Origin: Deltaproteobacteria bacterium
GTDB lineage: Bacteria; Myxococcota_A; Polyangia; Fen-1088
Direction of reading: 5' to 3'
Length of the DNA stretch: 64,000 nucleotides
Assembly (NCBI GenBank): GCA_033763315.1
Contig: JANRKS010000007.1
Location: 32,001-96,000, forward strand
The notes under the pieces are model-generated. The model saw only the letters and a program-made list of their open reading frames with translations. It had not been told where the DNA came from and did no database searches. The stretch's first letter is position 1. Each line of letters begins with the position of its first letter. Positions 37,048-47,048 of the stretch are shown here, piece by piece. A program made the position numbers and the translations under genes.

Positions 37048-38920
37048 TTTGCTTTATCAAGCCTTCGTGTTCTTGGCGGCCGCCGTCATCGCCGTGCCGC
37101 TCGCCAAACGCCTTGGTTTGGGATCGGTGCTGGGCTATTTGCTGGCGGGTGTGGCGATTGGCCCGTTCGCGTTGGGGCTGATCGGGGATGGTGGTGGCAA
37201 CGATGTGATGCATTTCGCAGAGTTCGGCGTTGTCATGATGTTGTTCGTGATAGGGCTGGAACTTGAGCCCGTGCGGTTGTGGAGGCTGCGTGTGCCGGTG
37301 CTGGGCGTGGGTGGGCTGCAGGTGGTTGTCACGGCCGTTGCGGTGGCCGCGGTGGCCATGCTGTTGGGGCTGCGCGTTCAAATGGCGGCAGCCGTTGGGT
37401 TGACCATCGCCATGTCATCAACGGCGATCGTCATGCAGACGCTGAATGAGAAAGGGTGGACCAACACCACGGGCGGACAAAACGCGTTCGCGGTGCTGTT
37501 GTTTCAAGACATTGCCGTGATCCCTATCTTGGCTTTCCTACCCTTGCTTGCGACGGTTGCGCCAGCGACGAGCGCCACCCATGAGGCGGGAACCACGTGG
37601 GTGGAACACTTGCCAGGCTGGGCGCACGCGCTTGTGGTGCTGGCGGCGATGGTGGGCATCGGCGGCGGTGGACGCTTTTTGATTCGGCCCGCGTTCCGCA
37701 TCATCGCAAAAACCCGCCTGCGTGAAGTGTTCACCGCCGCGGCGTTGTTGCTGGTTATCGGCATTTCGTTGTTGATGGATCAAGTTGGCCTCAGCCGCGC
37801 GCTTGGCGCCTTCTTGGCGGGGGTGGTTTTGGCTGGCAGTGAATACCGGCACGAACTTGAAAGCGACATCGAGCCGTTCAAAGGCCTGCTGCTTGGTTTG
37901 TTTTTCATTGGCGTGGGTGCATCAATCGACTTCGGCCTGATCGCTTCGCAGCCGATCACGATCGCAGCATTGGTGATCGCCCTCATCGTGGTCAAGCTGG
38001 GCGTGCTGCTGCTGCTGGGCCGCGTGTTTGCGATGCCCGTGCAGCAGAATCTTTTGTTCTCGTTCGCTCTCGCCCAAGGCGGCGAATTCGCGTTTGTGCT
38101 GTTTTCGTTTTGCACGTCAGAGGGCATCTTGACCAAGGATGTGGCTGGTCCCTTGGTGGTGGCCGTGGCCGTTTCAATGGCACTATCGCCTTTGCTGATG
38201 GTGTTCTTCGAGCGTCAGTTGATGCCTCGCTTCACCACACGAAAAACGTCAGATCGCCAAGAAGACACGCCCGACGCTCACAACCCCGTGATCATCGCCG
38301 GATACGGCCGCTTCGGGCAGATCGTGGGGCGCTTGCTAAGCGCCAACGGCATCCATGCCACGGTGTTGGAGTCAGATTCAGATCAGGTGGATCTGCTGCG
38401 TCGTTGGGGGCACAAGGTATTTTACGGCGATGCTTCGCGGCTGGATCTACTGCGCGCCGCAGGTGCAGGAAAGGCGAAGCTTTTGGTGTTGGCGTTGGAC
38501 AGCCACGAAAAACACAAAGAGCTCATCGAAACAGCGAAAAAGCACTTTCCGCACCTGCACATCGTGGGACGCGCCAAAGGCCGCATCGAGGCCTATGATT
38601 TGCTGGATCACGGCGTGGACGACGTGCAACGCGAGACGTTTGAAGGCGCCTTGCGCCTGGGCATCACGGCGCTAAGGCGCTTGGGCTTCGGCGCTCATCA
38701 GGCCGAGCGGGCCGGTGGTATTTTCCGCAGGCATGACGAGAAGATGCTGCGCGAATTTGCCGACCTTCGCCGTGGCCATGAAGCCAACACGTTCTTCAGC
38801 GCAGCACGCGAACGGCAAAAAGTGATGACGAAAGTTTTGGAATCGGACATTGAAGACAAGAATGACTTCAACGATCATGGGTGGGACGTGGAAGCGTTGC
38901 GCGCGCAGCCGCCTAAGTAG
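37034..38920 (+). CDS. kefC: Glutathione-regulated K+ efflux protein (KefB/KefC, CPA2 + KTN)
   Basis: YRHELESDIEPFKGLLLGLFF, LAQGGEFAFV, IIAGYGRFGQ, YGDASR. Confidence 0.92.
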   Translation: MNSGSLLYQAFVFLAAAVIAVPLAKRLGLGSVLGYLLAGVAIGPFALGLIGDGGGNDVMHFAEFGVVMMLFVIGLELEPVRLWRLRVPVLGVGGLQVVVTAVAVAAVAMLLGLRVQMAAAVGLTIAMSSTAIVMQTLNEKGWTNTTGGQNAFAVLLFQDIAVIPILAFLPLLATVAPATSATHEAGTTWVEHLPGWAHALVVLAAMVGIGGGGRFLIRPAFRIIAKTRLREVFTAAALLLVIGISLLMDQVGLSRALGAFLAGVVLAGSEYRHELESDIEPFKGLLLGLFFIGVGASIDFGLIASQPITIAALVIALIVVKLGVLLLLGRVFAMPVQQNLLFSFALAQGGEFAFVLFSFCTSEGILTKDVAGPLVVAVAVSMALSPLLMVFFERQLMPRFTTRKTSDRQEDTPDAHNPVIIAGYGRFGQIVGRLLSANGIHATVLESDSDQVDLLRRWGHKVFYGDASRLDLLRAAGAGKAKLLVLALDSHEKHKELIETAKKHFPHLHIVGRAKGRIEAYDLLDHGVDDVQRETFEGALRLGITALRRLGFGAHQAERAGGIFRRHDEKMLREFADLRRGHEANTFFSAARERQKVMTKVLESDIEDKNDFNDHGWDVEALRAQPPK

Positions 38921-38982
38921 ATCGCCTATCGACGCAGGTTGACGCTGGCACAAAAACGTCCGCAGCTGGTGCAAAAGCCGCT

Positions 38983-39825
38983 TTAAGGCCGGGTGTAGAG
39001 GTTGCAGTCGCCGTTGCGTGCGAAGCCTATCAAAACCAACCGAAAGGCGGTGGCCAGCTCCACCGCCAATGAACTTGGCGCGGACACGCCCACAACCGCG
39101 GAAACGCCGGCGCGAATGGCCTTCTGCACGATCTCGAAACTGGTGCGGCCACTGACAATCAAGATGTGCCCGGGCGCTGGCACGCTCGCTTGCAGAACCA
39201 ATTGGCCGATGGCTTTATCAACGGCGTTGTGCCGGCCCACGTCTTCGTGCGCGGACAAGACGGCCCCCGTGACGTCAACCACCGCGGCAGCGTGAAGGCC
39301 GCCCGTTTTCGTGAAGACCGTTTGGTGCTCTCGCAAGGCCTCGGGAAGGCGCGCGAGCATCGCGATATCAAGTGATGGCAGGGGCAATACGGGCACAAGT
39401 GCCGCCACGAGATCATCAATGGCGCCGCGGCCACAAACGCCACACGAAGCGCTGGTGAGCGAGCCGCGCTTGGCGCGTTGCCAGGCGCTGCGATCCACGT
39501 CGCCCGCCAGCGTGGCCACCGCCACGTCGCCGGCCCCCAAGGTGTGCGCGGGGCTTGGCTGAGTCTCGACGCCCAAAAGCTGCTTTGGCGAAGACAACAG
39601 CCCTTCAGCCCACAGGAGCCCTGCCACCAAGGCCTCGTCATGACCGGGGGTGCGCATGGTTGTGGCCAGGCTCTCATCACCCACGCGCACCTCAAGCGGC
39701 GATTCGACCGCCACCTCGTCTGCGAAGGCCGTCGATGAACGTGTAGCGCCTTGCCACCGCTCCACGGCCACGGAAACGACAGCCTGCGTGGCAGCACTCA
39801 TACGGAGGCGGTCGTCGACGCTCAT
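38983..39825 (-). CDS. fdhD: Formate dehydrogenase accessory sulfurtransferase FdhD
   Basis: TMRTPGHD, SASCGVCG, TGGLHAAA, EDVGRHNAVDK, SGRTSFEIVQKA. Confidence 0.94.
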   Translation of the reverse strand: MSVDDRLRMSAATQAVVSVAVERWQGATRSSTAFADEVAVESPLEVRVGDESLATTMRTPGHDEALVAGLLWAEGLLSSPKQLLGVETQPSPAHTLGAGDVAVATLAGDVDRSAWQRAKRGSLTSASCGVCGRGAIDDLVAALVPVLPLPSLDIAMLARLPEALREHQTVFTKTGGLHAAAVVDVTGAVLSAHEDVGRHNAVDKAIGQLVLQASVPAPGHILIVSGRTSFEIVQKAIRAGVSAVVGVSAPSSLAVELATAFRLVLIGFARNGDCNLYTRP

Positions 39826-39854
39826 GGAATTGAGAAAGACGCTACACCGCCGGA

Positions 39855-40415
39855 CTAAAAATAGAAACGCGCACCCAGCGCGGCTTCCAGATCGAAGCCG
39901 GCGCCTGGAACGACATAGAGCGACGGCACCACCTCAAAGAACACTTCCAGGAACGAGGGCTTCTGAAACATCAAATCGAGGCCCACGGGCATGCGTGCCG
40001 CCAGGGCCACAGTGCCATCGCCATCGTTGACATAGTTGTCTTGGTCTAGGATCCACATGCGGGCTCCGGCGCCGATGTGCCAGTCGAGCGTGACCTTTCC
40101 GTAGACCAAATTCTCCTGCCACAGGTAGTCCGCGTGAAGGCCCAACTGGCTGTAACCGTTGCCACAATTGACATAGCGACGACCGTCCCAACAACCCCGG
40201 CGCGCGTATCCGTAACCATTGCCGACGAAACCCACGCCGAAGTCGATCGCCTGGCCCGCGCCGACAAACACTTTACCCACCAAGCTGGTGGGCGCCCCCA
40301 AAGCGAAACCAAGGCCAAAGGTGCGTTCGTTGCCAACCTCAGTTGCGTGGCCGCTACGAGCCATACCCACACAAGCGACAAAGGCGGCCAGGGCCCAAAT
40401 TTTAGAAGTTTTCAT
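39855..40415 (-). CDS. Small outer-membrane beta-barrel protein, hypothetical
   Basis: Signal peptide, FGLGFALGAPTSL, amphipathic strands, C-terminal GARFYF. Confidence 0.75.
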   Translation of the reverse strand: MKTSKIWALAAFVACVGMARSGHATEVGNERTFGLGFALGAPTSLVGKVFVGAGQAIDFGVGFVGNGYGYARRGCWDGRRYVNCGNGYSQLGLHADYLWQENLVYGKVTLDWHIGAGARMWILDQDNYVNDGDGTVALAARMPVGLDLMFQKPSFLEVFFEVVPSLYVVPGAGFDLEAALGARFYF

Positions 40416-40487
40416 AACCAACGATTAACGAACCAATTTGCAGACGCATGCAAGAAAAACACGCAGCACAGTTATAGTGAGAACACC

Positions 40488-42014
40488 ATGACCGAAGCCG
40501 ATCCGCTTGTGGGGAAAATCCTTGCACAACGATACCGCGTGGTTGAGCGGCTAGCCGAGGGGGCCATGGGCGTGGTCTACCGCGGGGAACGCTTGACCTT
40601 AAACAGGAACGTGGCGATCAAGTTCCTGCATCCGGCCGTGGCCCAGCAAGAGGCTTTGCGAAAACGTTTCGAGATCGAAGCGCAAGCGATGGGGCGCCTG
40701 TCCCATCCCAATTGTGTGTCCGTGATCGACTTTGGCGTTGATGACGTGCCATATCTGGTGATGGAGTACGTGCAAGGCAAGAACTTGCGCGCGCTGTTGA
40801 ACGATGGTGGTTTTAACACCACGCGCGCGTTGTCTATCGGGCGGCAGTTGTTGACGGCGCTGGTGCACGCGCACGCTCAAGGCATCATCCACCGTGACAT
40901 CAAGCCTGAGAACCTGCTTTTGCAGCAGAGCGCGGGGCTTGACGATCATTTGCGTGTGCTCGACTTCGGGCTGGCCAAGTTGATGGACAATGGCGCCGGG
41001 CTCACAGCGGGCTTTGCCCTGGGGACGCCGAACTATATGGCGCCCGAACAGATCCAAGAAGGCGGCATCGACGCACGGGCCGATCTTTATGCGGCGGGCG
41101 TCGTGCTGTTTGAATTGCTTACAGGCGTGCAACCGTTTGCGGCAGACTCTGTAGGTGAGGTTTTGCGGCGTCATCTGCAAGTGACAGCGCCGCGGTTGCG
41201 CGAAGCCGCACCGGCGCGCGGGTTCTCACCAGCGCTGGATGACGTGGTGTTCTGCGCGATGGCCAAACGTCCATCAGAACGATTTCCGACGGCCGCACAG
41301 ATGTTGGCCGCGCTTGAACAAGTGCCTGAAATGCAGACCGAGACGGTGCCCAAACCACGCGTGACCTCGCCTTCGGTGCCAACGCGGCTACCGCCCCCAC
41401 CCACCAAGGGCAAACCTTTGCCAGCGCCGCCCGCCCCTGATCCCACCGTGTGGGATCAGGCAGCCGCGCCACCAGCAAGTGAAGCGCCAACACCCGCTGC
41501 AAGCGCCGCCGATGACAACGCCACGATGTTGTTATCGGAAGACGACAACCTTGCGGCCGCAGTCGCGATTCCTTTGAAAGAGCGCGCCAAGCGAAAAGGG
41601 GCGGCGTGGTGGTCAGCGATTGTGGCCACCGGGGCCGCGGCGCAGAGCCGCTGGAGCGCATTGTCTTTGCGCCTGCGCCTGGGATTGGCGGCAGGCGTGG
41701 CTTTGTTGTTTTTGCTGCTCATCGGACTCGGGTTGCGGGGTGATGCAACCGCGCGAAAGGCAGACGAGACAACCCCTAAGCGAGATGTGGCAGCCACCGC
41801 CCCCTCCAGCAAACCGGCATCAGACGTCAAGCCCAAGCCCGCCGCCAAGGCAGAGCCGGCGCAGGCTCCCGTGGCTGATCGTCAGGCACCAGCGCCTCGG
41901 GCCCACACATCGGAAACCACCACGCGCACCACCACCACGCGCACCGAGCGGCGAACCGTCACCACCCGGCGCGCCTCGTCCGCAGAGCGCTGGGGCACGC
42001 GCTGGAAGCAATAG
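40488..42014 (+). CDS. Membrane-anchored Hanks-type Ser/Thr protein kinase
   Basis: VAIK, HRDIKPEN, DFG, GTPNYMAPEQ; Pro-rich linker; TM LGLAAGVALLFLLLIGLGL. Start at ATG 40488. Confidence 0.93.
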   Translation: MTEADPLVGKILAQRYRVVERLAEGAMGVVYRGERLTLNRNVAIKFLHPAVAQQEALRKRFEIEAQAMGRLSHPNCVSVIDFGVDDVPYLVMEYVQGKNLRALLNDGGFNTTRALSIGRQLLTALVHAHAQGIIHRDIKPENLLLQQSAGLDDHLRVLDFGLAKLMDNGAGLTAGFALGTPNYMAPEQIQEGGIDARADLYAAGVVLFELLTGVQPFAADSVGEVLRRHLQVTAPRLREAAPARGFSPALDDVVFCAMAKRPSERFPTAAQMLAALEQVPEMQTETVPKPRVTSPSVPTRLPPPPTKGKPLPAPPAPDPTVWDQAAAPPASEAPTPAASAADDNATMLLSEDDNLAAAVAIPLKERAKRKGAAWWSAIVATGAAAQSRWSALSLRLRLGLAAGVALLFLLLIGLGLRGDATARKADETTPKRDVAATAPSSKPASDVKPKPAAKAEPAQAPVADRQAPAPRAHTSETTTRTTTTRTERRTVTTRRASSAERWGTRWKQ

Positions 42015-42030
42015 CCTGCGGGGCGACGAG

Positions 42031-43452
42031 CTACTGCACCCATTTGAGCTTCGTGAAGCTCATGCCTGACACCGCCGTTTCGATCGCTTTGGGATCGCCA
42101 ACCAAAACGATCTGAAGCGCGCCGTCGTCGAAATAACGTTCGGCTAGCAATTCAAATTCGGCCGAACGCAGAGCCGCCACGTGCTCGTGCAAGCCTGCGA
42201 TGTAATCGGTGGGCATGCCGACTTGGCCACGGAAAGCCAACGCAAGCGAGCGGCCCGCAATTGTAAAGTCATCGCGGTTCTCGTACCAAAGCAGCTGCGT
42301 GCTGATGGCAGCCAACCAATCGCTGCTGAACGACCGAATGCCTTGCACGGCCGCGTAGCTTGAAAGCAGTGCATTTACGGCGTCCTTGGTAAATTTTGCA
42401 TCAACGGCGGTGCTGGCGCCAAACAGCGCTGATTCGGCGTGAGCTTGATAAAACGGCATCACCCCGTAAGTCGCGCCTTCAAGCGTGCGCAATTGCGCGG
42501 ACGCCCTGCCTGAAGCAATCATATTGAGAACCTCAAGGACGGGGCGATCGACTTGAGCGGCGGGCAAACCTTTTCTGCCGACACGAACGATCGTCTGCGA
42601 CAGGCCTGGACGGGCAACACCGTAGACCATCGTTCGTTTTGGCGCTGAGGTGGCATCGAGGACGCCTCCAGCACGAACAGGCCCCGGCGTATCGCCGATG
42701 CCTTTCCACTTGCCCCACGCCTTTTGTAAAAGTGGCAATGCATCGCCCTCACCGATGCGGCCCGAAAGCACGATCGTCATACGCTCAGGCCGTACAACAT
42801 GGTGGTGCCAATCTTCCAGTACCGAGGGAGAAAGATGGGCCACGGTGGCGGGGGTTCCTTCAAGGGGCACGGCCAGCCTGTGTTGTTCGCCAAACACCAC
42901 CCGTTGCAGCACGTCCGTTGCGATGAGATCTGGATCTGCAGATCGCCATGACAAGCGAGACAACAACACGGCCCGTGGCATGTCAATCGCCGCGGCCCCA
43001 AACTCGGGCCGTTGCACAAACTCGGCTGCGACGGTGAAAAATGCCTCCAATCGATCCAGCAGCACGGTGGCCTGGATGACGAAGCCATCGGCCATAAGCT
43101 GCACTTGTGGAACACACGTGTCATCGAAAGCGCCGCCCAATTGCTTCCGGTCCAAACGCGCGCTTCGTTCGATCATGGTGTGAAGCATCAATGCTGTTTT
43201 GCCCGCGTCGGAGGCTGGCTCTTCCAACAAGCCGCCGTGGAAGGCCATCACCACTGACACCGCCGGGAGCGTTTGGTCTTGGCCAATGAACACCTTGGCA
43301 CCGTTTTGCAACGAGTGCTGCGTGAAGCGGGGCACAAACAGCTTTGGCTGCGGCTCGGCCACCAAAGGCGCGGTTTCTGAGTTGAATCCCGGCGCACCAC
43401 CAGTGGCACAAGCCCCCGCCGCGAGCGCCGTCATAAGTACAAACCGTCTCAT
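42031..43452 (-). CDS. M16 peptidase family lipoprotein, non-catalytic subunit
   Basis: Lipobox AAGA-C, LQNGAKV, LRTLEGATYG, IVLVGD; no HxxEH motif. Confidence 0.78.
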   Translation of the reverse strand: MRRFVLMTALAAGACATGGAPGFNSETAPLVAEPQPKLFVPRFTQHSLQNGAKVFIGQDQTLPAVSVVMAFHGGLLEEPASDAGKTALMLHTMIERSARLDRKQLGGAFDDTCVPQVQLMADGFVIQATVLLDRLEAFFTVAAEFVQRPEFGAAAIDMPRAVLLSRLSWRSADPDLIATDVLQRVVFGEQHRLAVPLEGTPATVAHLSPSVLEDWHHHVVRPERMTIVLSGRIGEGDALPLLQKAWGKWKGIGDTPGPVRAGGVLDATSAPKRTMVYGVARPGLSQTIVRVGRKGLPAAQVDRPVLEVLNMIASGRASAQLRTLEGATYGVMPFYQAHAESALFGASTAVDAKFTKDAVNALLSSYAAVQGIRSFSSDWLAAISTQLLWYENRDDFTIAGRSLALAFRGQVGMPTDYIAGLHEHVAALRSAEFELLAERYFDDGALQIVLVGDPKAIETAVSGMSFTKLKWVQ

Positions 43453-44780
43453 TGTGAAGCCTTTGCCATGGTGACCGGCCGCGAGAACACGACCACGCGC
43501 TGGTCGAGCCGCAGGTAAGTCTCGATAAACTTGCGCATGGACGCGCCGGTGACAGCGGTGTAGCGGCTTCTTTGCAATGACACTGGATCTACGTCTCCTA
43601 CGTTTGCTGCCACGTCGATTAGTGCCTGGCCGCTCGAAAGCGTGCCTTCCATGCGTTCGAACGTGTCGCGTAGAAGGGCGCGCGTGGCGCGATCAAGGTC
43701 GCGGTCGGCTGGAGGTACGGCCTTGAAGCCGACGAGTCTGGCGTCGATGTCTTGCTTGAGTTCTTCAAGTGAAACGCCCTCCAAGGGCTCAGCCTCCAGG
43801 GTGAAAACCGAGCCGGCCGACGTACTCATCTGCTGCGCGTGTACCCAGGCGGCTTTGGTGCCTTCACCACGCAACCGCGACGCGCGCGCTTGTCCCAGCA
43901 TGACCGCCAGCAAGTCGGCTTCCGCATCGAATGGCTTAAAGAGCGCCGGCGTATGCCATGCCATCATGAGTAAAGGCCGCGGCGCCAGGGGATCCACATT
44001 TTCAATGAGCGTCTCCGCATGCAGCGTGGGATCTGGTAGCGCGGGCACGGGAGGCGTCGCTGCGGCGGCAAGCGAACCGAAGTAGGCATCAATCATCGCG
44101 CTGGCGGCGGGCTCTTGAAAATCACCAATCACAGCGATCCACGTGTTGCTTGGCACATACCACCGCTCAAAGAACTGCTTCACGTCGGCGAAGGTCAGAC
44201 TTGCGAGATCCCGTCCAGCTGCATCGACGAGCCCGCGAAACGGATGCGTCGCCGGGAACAGAGCCTCAAACATCTTCAGTTTGCTGGTGTGGTGAGGATG
44301 CGTTTCGCCACGATAGCGCCCTTCGTTTCGAACGATGGGTCGTTCCCATTCAACGTCGCTTGCGCTCCAGCGCATCGGCATCGCGGTCAACCGCCACCGT
44401 TCTTCCCACAACGCCGTTCGCAAGCGATAGGGCGGCTCCAGATGGTAGTACTGGGTGAAGTCGGGGTGGGTGCTTGCATTCTGACCATGCGAGGAATCGG
44501 CCGCCACGTTGATGGTGGTGATGGCTTCGGGCCGCGGGGGGCGGAAAGAAACGTGCTCAAGCAGATGCGCCAAACCAAATTTGCCGGGCGGCTCATGTCG
44601 CACGCCTGCGTAGTACCGGGCGATGACCGCAACCTGGGGATACCGGTGATCGGGCGCCAAAATTACGTGAACGCCATTCGGAAGCTGTTTGACCTGGAAG
44701 GCTCCTTTGGCATCGGTGGACGGAGCCCGAATCGCCATGAAGCCGAACAGAAGAACACTGAAAACGAAGATGCGCTGCAC
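43449..44780 (-). CDS. M16 zinc peptidase, catalytic subunit
   Basis: LPNGVHV, GLAHLLEH (HxxEH), NAST, WYVPSN. Start uncertain (44780 or 44822). Confidence 0.85.
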   Translation of the reverse strand: MQRIFVFSVLLFGFMAIRAPSTDAKGAFQVKQLPNGVHVILAPDHRYPQVAVIARYYAGVRHEPPGKFGLAHLLEHVSFRPPRPEAITTINVAADSSHGQNASTHPDFTQYYHLEPPYRLRTALWEERWRLTAMPMRWSASDVEWERPIVRNEGRYRGETHPHHTSKLKMFEALFPATHPFRGLVDAAGRDLASLTFADVKQFFERWYVPSNTWIAVIGDFQEPAASAMIDAYFGSLAAAATPPVPALPDPTLHAETLIENVDPLAPRPLLMMAWHTPALFKPFDAEADLLAVMLGQARASRLRGEGTKAAWVHAQQMSTSAGSVFTLEAEPLEGVSLEELKQDIDARLVGFKAVPPADRDLDRATRALLRDTFERMEGTLSSGQALIDVAANVGDVDPVSLQRSRYTAVTGASMRKFIETYLRLDQRVVVFSRPVTMAKASQ

Positions 44781-44863
44781 GTGCGCATACTTGCAGATCG
44801 TTGCTGCGCGTCGCAACAACAATCATTGGACGAGTGGGCTAATCCGACGCGCTCACCTTGTCT

Positions 44864-45664
44864 TTAACCCCGCAGCAGGCGTGACCACTTGATCTTGGGG
44901 GGAAGAGCGCGAACTTCCCGTGTGGCGTCTTCGATGACGCGCGTGGCTTCGGCGGGATCGTCGGTGACGGTGAGCAGCTGCAGATCACCGGGGCTGATCA
45001 CCCCAGCCGGCACCATGTGGTTCTGCATGAAATCGAGCAGCGGTTGCCAAAACGCGACGCCCATCAACACCACGGGAAACGGCCGCATCTTCTTCGTTTG
45101 AATCAAGGTGAGCGCTTCGCTGAGTTCGTCCCAGGTGCCAAAGCCACCAGGCATCACCACGAACGCATGGCTGTACTTGACCAGCATCACCTTGCGCACG
45201 AAGAAGTATTTGAAGGTCACCACGGTATCAACGTAGGGATTCGAATACTGCTCCATGGGCAGCAAGATGTTGCACCCCACCGAAGGCGCCTTCGCGTCGC
45301 GTGCGCCGCGGTTGGCGGCTTCCATAATTCCTGGTCCGCCCCCCGTCATGATCGTGAGGCCGAGCTCGCCGACCTTGGCCGCCACCTGCCGCGCCATCTG
45401 GTAATACGGGTTGTCTTCCTTAAAGCGTGCCGAACCGAACACGGTCACGCACGGGCCAACGAAGTGCAGCGTGCGAAAGCCGCGAACGAATTCGGCGGCA
45501 ATGCGCACCACGCGGCGAAACTCTTCCCAACGGCGGCGTGGGCCATCAAGAAAGCGCAGGTTATCTTCAAGCACGCGCCATGGCAGGCTGCGCTTGGCGG
45601 GGGCGGGTGCGGCGGGAACAATTTGCTGGGTGAGGTTGTTCTCACCCTCGGACTTAGGTGTCAT
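44864..45664 (-). CDS. LOG family nucleotide phosphoribohydrolase (TIGR00730-like)
   Basis: VTVFGSAR, TGGGPGIMEAANRGA, FFVRKVML, PGGFGTWDE. Confidence 0.92.
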   Translation of the reverse strand: MTPKSEGENNLTQQIVPAAPAPAKRSLPWRVLEDNLRFLDGPRRRWEEFRRVVRIAAEFVRGFRTLHFVGPCVTVFGSARFKEDNPYYQMARQVAAKVGELGLTIMTGGGPGIMEAANRGARDAKAPSVGCNILLPMEQYSNPYVDTVVTFKYFFVRKVMLVKYSHAFVVMPGGFGTWDELSEALTLIQTKKMRPFPVVLMGVAFWQPLLDFMQNHMVPAGVISPGDLQLLTVTDDPAEATRVIEDATREVRALPPKIKWSRLLRG

Positions 45665-45669
45665 AGGTG

Positions 45670-46965
45670 TTAAGCGCTGCGCGCGTCTACGCGGTCGATC
45701 TGCGCGCCTATGGCACGCAACCGCTCTTCTATACGTTCATACCCGCGATCGATTTGTTGTGCATTGTGAATGGTGCTTTTTCCATCGGCCACCAACGCGG
45801 CGATCAACAGCGCCATGCCCGCGCGAATGTCAGGGCTCGACACGACCTGCGGGTATAACTTTGATGGCCCCGTCACAACGGCGCGGTGGGGATCACACAC
45901 GATCACGCGCGCGCCCATCGAGATCAGGCGGTCCACCCAATAAAGGCGGCTCTCGTACATCCACTCGTGAATCAAAGTTGTGCCGCGGGCTTGCGTGGCC
46001 AACACCAAAGCGATGGACGTCAAATCCGCGGGAAAGCCAGGCCAAGGCGCGTCGTGAATGCGAGGCGGCGCGCCGTGCAAACCTTCCACCGCCACCAGTT
46101 CCTGATCGCGTGGCACGAAGATGTCATTGCCACGCACCTCCCAACGCACGCCCAGCTTCGCATAGGCGGAAGCGGTGGTGCGATGTTCCTCGGGCCGCGC
46201 GTTGCGAATCAAAAGATCCCCGCCCGTCACGGCCGCCAGCGCGATGAAGCTTCCCACTTCAAGATAGTCAGGACCCACCGCCGCCGTGGCCCCATGCAAC
46301 TTGGCGACGCCTTCGATCTGCAGCACGTTGGTGCCGATGCCTTCGATGCGGCCACCCATGGCCACGATCATGCGACAAAGATCTTGAACGTGGGGCTCTG
46401 AGGCCGCGTTGCGGACGATCGTGGTGCCTTTGGCAAGGCTCGCCGCCATGACCACGTTCTCGGTGGCCATGACGCTCATCTCTTCAAGAAAAATATCGGC
46501 GCCCACGAGGCCCTTGGGCGCGCGCATGACGTAACGATCAGGGCGCACCTCAACCTCCGCCCCGAGTTCGCGAAACGCATTGATGTGCGTGTCCACGGGG
46601 CGACGGCCAATCTTGTCACCGCCAGGCGCGGGCAGATCCACGTGGCCGAGACGCGCCAACAGAGGGCCGGCCAGCACGAAACTGGCGCGCATCTTCTGGC
46701 AAATTTCGGCCGAGGGGCTGGTCTTGCCGATCGTATGCGCCGTGACCGTCACCTCGCCTCTGTGCGGGGAGGCCACACTTGCGCCTAGATCCGCAAGCGC
46801 GTCGCGCATGGTGCGCGCGTCGCGGATCTCGGGCACGTTGGTGAGGGTCACCGGCTCATCCGACAACAACGTGGCTGCCAGCATGGGCAGCGCCGCGTTC
46901 TTGTTGCCAGCCACCGCGATTTCTCCAGACAGCCGCAGGCCGCCCTGAATAACAAACGTGTTCAC
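45670..46965 (-). CDS. murA: UDP-N-acetylglucosamine 1-carboxyvinyltransferase
   Basis: GNKNAALP, MRAS, PGGDKIGRRPVDTH, PWPGFPADL, DIRAG, IDRGYE. Confidence 0.96.
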   Translation of the reverse strand: MNTFVIQGGLRLSGEIAVAGNKNAALPMLAATLLSDEPVTLTNVPEIRDARTMRDALADLGASVASPHRGEVTVTAHTIGKTSPSAEICQKMRASFVLAGPLLARLGHVDLPAPGGDKIGRRPVDTHINAFRELGAEVEVRPDRYVMRAPKGLVGADIFLEEMSVMATENVVMAASLAKGTTIVRNAASEPHVQDLCRMIVAMGGRIEGIGTNVLQIEGVAKLHGATAAVGPDYLEVGSFIALAAVTGGDLLIRNARPEEHRTTASAYAKLGVRWEVRGNDIFVPRDQELVAVEGLHGAPPRIHDAPWPGFPADLTSIALVLATQARGTTLIHEWMYESRLYWVDRLISMGARVIVCDPHRAVVTGPSKLYPQVVSSPDIRAGMALLIAALVADGKSTIHNAQQIDRGYERIEERLRAIGAQIDRVDARSA

Positions 46966-47048
46966 AAGGCAATCTTATGCCAAGCAGACAGCGTTACAGA
47001 GAATCTTGTTGTGGCTGTGTATCGAATCCTGGAGCCACCCAAAAGGGG

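Noticed and set aside
38983-39825. fdhD without formate dehydrogenase genes nearby
   Set aside because: Stand-alone fdhD is common; no link to nuo can be supported from this window.
40077-40487. N-terminal extension of the kinase ORF
   Set aside because: It is the antisense of the beta-barrel gene; the kinase domain begins after ATG 40488.
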